Below are positions 27,366 to 32,705 of a stretch of 32,705 nucleotides of DNA, piece after piece. Source of the stretch: Hyphomicrobiaceae bacterium (GTDB lineage Bacteria; Pseudomonadota; Alphaproteobacteria; Rhizobiales; Hyphomicrobiaceae); contig JBMOGA010000045.1 of NCBI GenBank assembly GCA_049318625.1, forward strand, positions 1 to 32,705. Direction: 5' to 3'. Position 1 is the first letter of the stretch, and each line of letters opens with the position of its first letter. Below the pieces are notes generated by a model. The model was given only the letters and a program-made list of their open reading frames with translations. It did no database searches and had not been told where the DNA came from. A program made the position numbers and the translations under genes.

Positions 27366-28649
27366 ATGTTCGACATCAAGCTCATTCGCGACAATCCCGC
27401 AGCCTTCGACGCCGGCCTCGCCCGACGTGGTCTCGAGCCGCAGGCGGCCCGGCTGATTGAACTCGACGACGCGCGCCGGCGCCATCTCACCAGGCTGCAG
27501 GAGGCCCAGTCGCGGCGCAATGCCGCCTCCAAGGAGATCGGCAAGGCCAAGGCGCAGAAGGACGAGGCGCGCGCGGCCGAGCTGATGCGGGAGGTGGGCG
27601 AGCTCAAGGAGGTCATCCAGCAGGGCGAGGAGGAGGAGCGCAAGATCGACGCCGCGCTCAACGCCGCGCTGGCGCTCATTCCCAACACGCCGCTCGACGA
27701 GGTGCCGGAGGGCCGCGACGAGACGGGCAACGTCGAGGTGCGCCGGGTCGGTGCGCCGCCCAAGCTCGATTTCGCGCCGAAGCAGCACTTCGAACTCGGC
27801 GAGGCGCTGGGGCTCATGGATTTCGAGGCGGCGCAGAAGATCTCGGGCGCGCGCTTCGTGGTGCTGAAGGGCGCGCTGGCGCGGATGGAGCGGGCACTCG
27901 CGCAGTTCATGCTCGACACCCATACGACCGAGTTCGGCTACACCGAGGTCAATCCGCCGCTGATGGTGCGCGATCAGGCTGCTTTCGGCACCGGCAACCT
28001 GCCGAAATTCGCGGACGACCTGTTCCAGACCACGACCGGGTTCTGGCTGATCCCGACGGCGGAGGTGTCGCTCACCAACCTCGTTCGCGAGACGATCCTC
28101 GAGGAGGATGCGCTGCCGATGCGGATGACGGCCTGCACGCCGTGCTTCCGGGCCGAGGCCGGAGCGGCGGGCCGCGACACCCGCGGCATGATCCGCCAGC
28201 ACCAGTTCACGAAGGTCGAGCTCGTCTCGATCACCACGCCGGAGTCGAGCCTCGCCGAGCACGAGCGGATGACCGGGGCTGCCGAGACGATCCTGCAGCG
28301 GCTGGGGCTGCCCTATCGCACCATGCTGCTGTGCACGGGCGACATGGGGTTCGCTTCGCGCAGGACCTACGACATCGAAGTGTGGCTGCCGGGACAGGAT
28401 GCCTATCGCGAAATCTCGTCGTGCTCGGTGTGCGGGGATTTCCAGGCGCGGCGGATGGGCGCGCGGTTCCGCAGCAAGGCCGCCAAGGACGTCCGCTTCG
28501 TGCACACGCTGAACGGTTCTGGCCTGGCGGTCGGGCGCACGCTGATCGCGGTCATGGAGAATTATCAGCAGGCCGACGGGTCGATCGTCGTGCCCGAGGC
28601 GCTCCGGCCCTACATGGGCGGTATCGCACGGATCGCACCGGCAGTCTGA
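27366..28649 (+). CDS. serS: Seryl-tRNA synthetase
   Basis: N-terminal coiled-coil ([11 protein letters not shown]...), then the class II core ([31 protein letters not shown]). ATG 27366. Confidence 0.9.
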   Translation: MFDIKLIRDNPAAFDAGLARRGLEPQAARLIELDDARRRHLTRLQEAQSRRNAASKEIGKAKAQKDEARAAELMREVGELKEVIQQGEEEERKIDAALNAALALIPNTPLDEVPEGRDETGNVEVRRVGAPPKLDFAPKQHFELGEALGLMDFEAAQKISGARFVVLKGALARMERALAQFMLDTHTTEFGYTEVNPPLMVRDQAAFGTGNLPKFADDLFQTTTGFWLIPTAEVSLTNLVRETILEEDALPMRMTACTPCFRAEAGAAGRDTRGMIRQHQFTKVELVSITTPESSLAEHERMTGAAETILQRLGLPYRTMLLCTGDMGFASRRTYDIEVWLPGQDAYREISSCSVCGDFQARRMGARFRSKAAKDVRFVHTLNGSGLAVGRTLIAVMENYQQADGSIVVPEALRPYMGGIARIAPAV

Positions 28650-28697
28650 AACGGCGCACGAAACGTAGTCCCACCGGCAACGACGCGGAGCAGTGAC

Positions 28698-29471
28698 ATG
28701 CGCATCCTGGTGACCAACGACGACGGCATCGACGCGCCGGGCCTGCATGCGCTGCGCCAGATCGCGGCGGAGCTTTCGGACGACGTGTGGGTGGTGGCGC
28801 CGGAGACCAACCAGTCGGGCACAGGGCATTCGCTGTCGCTGCACGAGCCTTTGCGCATGCGCCGGCTCGACGACCGCGCATACGCGGTGCGCGGCACGCC
28901 GACGGACTGCGTGATCATGGCGGTGCGGCACGTGCTCAAAGACCAGCGGCCGACGCTGGTGCTGTCGGGGGTCAACCGCGGGCAGAACCTCGCCGAGGAC
29001 GTCACCTACTCGGGCACCATCGCGGCCTGTTTCGAGGGCACGCTGATCGGGATCCGGTCGATCGCGCTGTCGCAGGCGTTCGGGCCGGAGACCCGACAGG
29101 CGCCGCGCTGGGAGACGGCGCTGGCGCACGGGCCGGGGCTGATCCGCGCGCTGCTGGCCGAGCCGTGGGGCGAGGGTGTGCTCATGAACGTCAACTTCCC
29201 GGATCGCAAGCCCGAGGAGGTGGCGGGCACCCTGGTGACGACGCAGGGGCGGCGCGACCAGGATCTGCTGTCGATCGAGGAGCGTCACGACACCTGGGGC
29301 TCGCCGTACTATTGGTTCGGGTTCCAGCGCAAGCGCTCGATGCCGAAGACGGGCACCGATCTGTGGGCCGTCTACAACGGGCACATCTCGGTGACACCGC
29401 TGCATCTCGATCTCACGCACTACGACAGCTTGAAGTCGCTGGCGGCGCGGCTCGACGGGCGGCTTGTGTAA
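28698..29471 (+). CDS. surE: 5'/3'-nucleotidase SurE
   Basis: MRILVTNDDGIDAPGL, a canonical SurE N-terminus. The tatABC-serS-surE order is conserved. Confidence 0.9.
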   Translation: MRILVTNDDGIDAPGLHALRQIAAELSDDVWVVAPETNQSGTGHSLSLHEPLRMRRLDDRAYAVRGTPTDCVIMAVRHVLKDQRPTLVLSGVNRGQNLAEDVTYSGTIAACFEGTLIGIRSIALSQAFGPETRQAPRWETALAHGPGLIRALLAEPWGEGVLMNVNFPDRKPEEVAGTLVTTQGRRDQDLLSIEERHDTWGSPYYWFGFQRKRSMPKTGTDLWAVYNGHISVTPLHLDLTHYDSLKSLAARLDGRLV

Positions 29472-29715
29472 CGGGGCTTGGCGGCCACGATCTTTTCCGC
29501 CATCGGATTTTATGGCGATGATCTTCGGTGCGAGCGCTCCGGCGCGTCGCAGGCTGCCGTTTTGCGGCTTTAATTTCGCCGGAATGCTCCGTTAGCCCGC
29601 GCGTCCCTTGTCGAGCACCTCGTGTCCGGGCTCCTGTGTCCCGGCTGGCGCGTACGGCTCTGCCGCGGCGTGTTCCGTGAGCGGTGAGGGATCCCGGGGG
29701 CTCAGGCCTCCACCA

Positions 29716-29790
29716 TGACGACGAGCTCAGTGGGTAGAGCATTGGTTCGAGAAACCAAGAGTGTGGGTTCGAATCCCATGTCGCCAGCCA
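29716..29790 (+). tRNA. Atypical tRNA-like element (probable pseudo-tRNA or non-standard tRNA)
   Basis: Canonical D-arm GCTCAGTGGGTAGAGC, T-arm GTGGGTTCGAATCCCAT and a 3' GCCA. Three departures from a standard tRNA: an A3·C70 acceptor mismatch, G8 instead of U8, and an anticodon loop UCGAGAA with C33 (anticodon would read GAG). A hairpin GCTCGC-GGATA-GCGAGC immediately follows at 29792-29808. Confidence 0.45.
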
Positions 29791-30119
29791 AGCTCGCGGA
29801 TAGCGAGCACTCGCCTGTAAAGCGAGTTGAACGAGAGGGAAGCCGGCTGCTTCCCCGCTGCTTCAACTGACATCGAGGCTGCGGCCGCGATGGCGGTCGG
29901 CAGCACGCGTCGCGGCGCTCTGCGCCAGCGTGGATATCGCCCCTGGCACCCGGCCGGAGGGCTTGGCCCCGTCGTGCCCGATCCCGTATCGGCGCGCACG
30001 CAGCCAGGTCCGATAGCTCGGTGCCGCGGGCTGAAGCGCTGGCCCGTGGCCGGGACGTGGGTGGCAGCCGGCGACCTGTCTGGGTCGTCGTACTTGCAGA
30101 CTGCAGATTGGAGCGTGTC

Positions 30120-31277
30120 GTGTTGTTCAGGTTCAGGGTTATCGTCAAGGACGACGAGCGGGCGTTGCTGATGCGGGACGGCCGGTTCGAGCGGGTGCTC
30201 GGACCGGGCCGGTTCCTGGCGCTCGATTTCGGCCGGCGGCTCAGCGCCGAGGTGGTCAAGATCGCGCGGGCGGAGATCGCCGCCGACAAGGCGCTGCTGT
30301 TCGCGATGGCGCATCCGGCGGTGGCGGCGGAGCACTTCGAGATCGTGCAGGCGGGGCCTGGCGAGGTCGCCATCGTCTCGCTCGACGGCGAGCCGAAGCA
30401 TGTCGTTCTGCCGAACACGACGCGGGCGTTCTGGAAGACGATCACCCGGGTCGATGTCGAGCGGATCGACGCGGCGGGCGACGTGCGGGTGGCCAAGCGG
30501 CACCTCGACAAGCTCGATCCGGCGCGGACGTCCATCGTCGTGCCGGCGGTGGTCGAGGCGCACGAGGCCGGTTTGCTGTTCGTCGACGGCCGGCTGGTCG
30601 AGCGGCTGGCGCCGGGGCGGCACGCGTTCTGGGCCGTCGGCCGGACGGTCCGGGTCCAGAAGGTCGATCTGCGGCCGACGCCGCTCGAGGTGACGGCGCA
30701 GGAGATCCTGACCAAGGATCGGGTCGGCATCCGGGTGACGCTGACGGCGTTCCTCCGGGTCGTCGATCCGGAAAAGGCCGTCCTGGCGGCGGGCGATGTG
30801 CCGAACACGGTCTACCGGCTCGTGCAGTTCGCGATCCGGGAGGCGGTGGCGACGCGGTCGCTCGACGACATCCTGGCCGCGCGGGATACCATCGACCGCG
30901 AGGTGCGGGCGTTCGTGACCGGGCGGACCGCGGCGCTCGGCGTCGAGATCGGCGAGATCGGCGTCAAGGACGTCATCCTGCCGGGTGACGTGCGGGAGCT
31001 TCTGAACAAGGTCGTGGAGGCGGAGCGGACGGCGAAGGCCAACCTGATCCGGCGGCAGGAGGAGACGGCGGCGACGCGGTCGCTCCTGAACACGGCCCGG
31101 CTGATGGAGGACAACCCGCTCCTCCTGCGGCTGAAGGAGCTCGAGGCGCTGGAGAAGCTTGTCGAGAAGGTCGGCCGGATCGATCTGCACGCGGGGGCGG
31201 GAGCCGGTGGCTTCGACGCCCTGCTGCAGAACCTCTACAGCCTGCGTGAGCGGGCGGAGGCGGCCAAGCCGAACTGA
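30120..31277 (+). CDS. SPFH / band-7 (stomatin-prohibitin-like) domain protein
   Basis: SPFH core (TKDRVGIRVTLTAFLRVVDPEKAV...LVQFAIREAVATRSLDDILAARDTI...VEIGEIGVKDVILPGDVRE) and a C-terminal coiled-coil. I chose GTG 30120, which follows GGAG; alternatives are ATG 30021 and ATG 30171. Confidence 0.75.
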   Translation: MLFRFRVIVKDDERALLMRDGRFERVLGPGRFLALDFGRRLSAEVVKIARAEIAADKALLFAMAHPAVAAEHFEIVQAGPGEVAIVSLDGEPKHVVLPNTTRAFWKTITRVDVERIDAAGDVRVAKRHLDKLDPARTSIVVPAVVEAHEAGLLFVDGRLVERLAPGRHAFWAVGRTVRVQKVDLRPTPLEVTAQEILTKDRVGIRVTLTAFLRVVDPEKAVLAAGDVPNTVYRLVQFAIREAVATRSLDDILAARDTIDREVRAFVTGRTAALGVEIGEIGVKDVILPGDVRELLNKVVEAERTAKANLIRRQEETAATRSLLNTARLMEDNPLLLRLKELEALEKLVEKVGRIDLHAGAGAGGFDALLQNLYSLRERAEAAKPN

Positions 31278-31469
31278 GGCCGCGCGGGCCGCCGCGACGC
31301 AGGCGGCGCAACGGAAAGGGGCACCTTCGCGGGTGCCCCTTTTTCGTGGCCGATGCGCCAGCGCTGATCGGCCCGGTAGCTCACTAATTTCTCGTTTCAG
31401 GGACTGTGTCACGATCTCGGTGGAAGCGTTCCGCTTCCCCTTCGACCGATCAGACCCTGGGCGGCAGGC

Positions 31470-32297
31470 TCAAACGAACTGGTTCACTTCGATCATGTTG
31501 GCGGTCGGGTCGAACATGTAGATCTGATGCATGCCGACCATGGCGTACACCTTGGCGTCCGATACGAGGACGCCACCGCTTTCGAGGCGCGCCTTGACCG
31601 CGAGAACGTCCCTCACGAAGAACGCCGGATGTCCCGCGATCGACGGATTGTGGGCGAAGCCGTTGCGGTAAGCGAAGCCGGGATCGGGCCGGATTATGTG
31701 CAGGCCGCGATTGAAGTCCCCCAGTGGGAGGATCGACAGTTCCAGCGGGTCGATGCTGAAATCGCCCATGCTCTGCGGCGCGCGCCAGCGGCCTTCGGTG
31801 AGGCCGGCCATTTCGACGTAGAAGCCGATGGCCTCGCGCACGTCGCAGGCTTGCAGGTTGACGTGATGGACGCCCCACCCCCACGCAGCCTCCCACGGCT
31901 GGATGGCGTCGCCGGCTGTTGTGCCGGCCGGGCGCTGACAGAAGGCGACGACGTTGCAGGCCGGATCGTTCGTGTAGATGGCCGGGACGTCGAAGTCGCC
32001 CGGCGGGGCCGGCACGTAGGGGACGGCGGCCTTGTCGAGATTGCGGGCGACGCGGTCGAGGTCGTCGATCTCCAGCGCGACGTGGCGGGCGCCGGCGGGA
32101 CCGAGCAGATCGTTCGCTTGGCGGACCAGCGCACGTGCCGGGCGGCGCACGCGCAGACCGCGGCTGCCGCCGCCGAAAGCGATCGTCCGGTCGTCGATGC
32201 GGGTTGGGGTGCCGAGGCCCAGGTGCGTGCCGAAGAAGGTCTGCGCCGCGCCCAGATCATGGGTCGCGAGCGAGACGCGATGAATGGACCAGGACAA
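31470..32297 (-). CDS. Two-domain VOC (glyoxalase / bleomycin-resistance / extradiol dioxygenase superfamily) protein
   Basis: Two beta-alpha-beta-beta-beta modules (SIHRVSLATHDL...HVALEIDD and GVHHVNLQACDV...HPAFFVRDV...YMFDPTANMIEV). I chose TTG 32297, preceded by a perfect SD GGGGAG at 6-nt spacing. The longer ORF reaching 32420 adds only a low-complexity N-terminus. Confidence 0.75.
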   Translation of the reverse strand: MSWSIHRVSLATHDLGAAQTFFGTHLGLGTPTRIDDRTIAFGGGSRGLRVRRPARALVRQANDLLGPAGARHVALEIDDLDRVARNLDKAAVPYVPAPPGDFDVPAIYTNDPACNVVAFCQRPAGTTAGDAIQPWEAAWGWGVHHVNLQACDVREAIGFYVEMAGLTEGRWRAPQSMGDFSIDPLELSILPLGDFNRGLHIIRPDPGFAYRNGFAHNPSIAGHPAFFVRDVLAVKARLESGGVLVSDAKVYAMVGMHQIYMFDPTANMIEVNQFV

Positions 32298-32493
32298 TGG
32301 TGGCTCCCCTGAGATTCTGTGACGGACGGTTGCGGGGCAGGATCGGTCGGCAGGCGTGCCCGAGCAAGTCCGGCTGGTGCATGGATGCTGCCGGCGCGGC
32401 TCATGGCGGCCGGTTGGCAAGGTGTGCCGGGTCCTGGGTTTGGAGCGTGAAGCCCGCGATGAGGTCGGATCGAGTTAGGACACGAGCCTCCAT

Positions 32494-32610
32494 CCTCCTG
32501 CGTAATCGGGCGCCGATCCCGCCCCTCCTGCGTCCCCGGACGCCGACCCTTCCTCCTCCTCCTCTGTCTCCGGACGCCCAGCCCCCCATCTGCGTCCCCG
32601 GACGCCGAGC
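32494..32610. repeat. Array of four copies, about 31-bp period, of a GC-rich palindromic motif (core GCGTCC-CC-GGACGC)
   Basis: Exact 18-mer TGCGTCCCCGGACGCCGA at 32529-32546 and 32591-32608. Degenerate copies at about 32497-32519 (CTGCGTAATCGGGCGCCGATCCC) and 32565-32579 (TGTCTCCGGACGCCC). Each copy is preceded by a pyrimidine tract (CCTCCTG or CCTCTG). Confidence 0.5.
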
Positions 32611-32705
32611 GTCGCGAGGCGAGCCGGGGTCTTGCCGTCGTCGCGTGGGCGATCCGCATTATCCGGGCCGTGGTCTGGCGTGACCCGCCTGCCGCGAGGG
32701 CGAGA

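Noticed and set aside
31527-32312. ORF 31527..32312+ (261 aa) antisense to the VOC gene.
   Set aside because: It is an Arg/Gly/Ala-rich translation and the mirror frame of a protein with two clear VOC modules on the minus strand.
32494-32610. Repeat array as a CRISPR.
   Set aside because: The repeats are only about 18-26 bp, palindromic and GC-rich. The intervening spacers are only about 8-15 bp and are themselves repetitive (CT tracts). No cas genes or leader are present.
1-32705. Mobile element genes (transposase, integrase, recombinase) or inverted terminal repeats flanking the protease cluster.
   Set aside because: No such ORFs or terminal repeats were recognisable in any frame. The cluster is bounded by a plain terminator on one side and by the divergent Sel1 gene on the other.

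Overview
This is a high-GC (about 65-68%) alphaproteobacterial chromosome segment, probably Hyphomicrobiales/Rhizobiales, and most of it is conserved housekeeping synteny. The core genes run tRNA-Cys, pcm, tolC, a PopZ-like DUF2497 protein and valS, then xthA, erpA, dgt, argS, a SPOR-domain protein, nagZ, scpA, scpB, an ABC ATPase, tatA, tatB, tatC, serS and surE. Two stretches look accessory. The first is a roughly 5.7-kb minus-strand cluster between valS and xthA. It holds two tandem paralogous serralysin-like (M10B) RTX metalloproteases that look like type I secretion substrates, a DUF2939-like membrane protein and a small Cys-rich secreted protein. A 790-bp structured non-coding region and a divergent Sel1-repeat periplasmic protein sit just upstream. 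The second is the 3' end of the window after surE: an atypical tRNA-like element, an SPFH/band-7 protein, a two-domain VOC/glyoxalase-family protein, and a roughly 31-bp periodic array of a GC-rich palindromic motif. That motif recurs in the protease-cluster leader. nagZ has no canonical in-frame start codon upstream of its conserved N-terminus. I found no transposase, integrase, CRISPR array or cas gene. Many long antisense ORFs in the track are high-GC artefacts.
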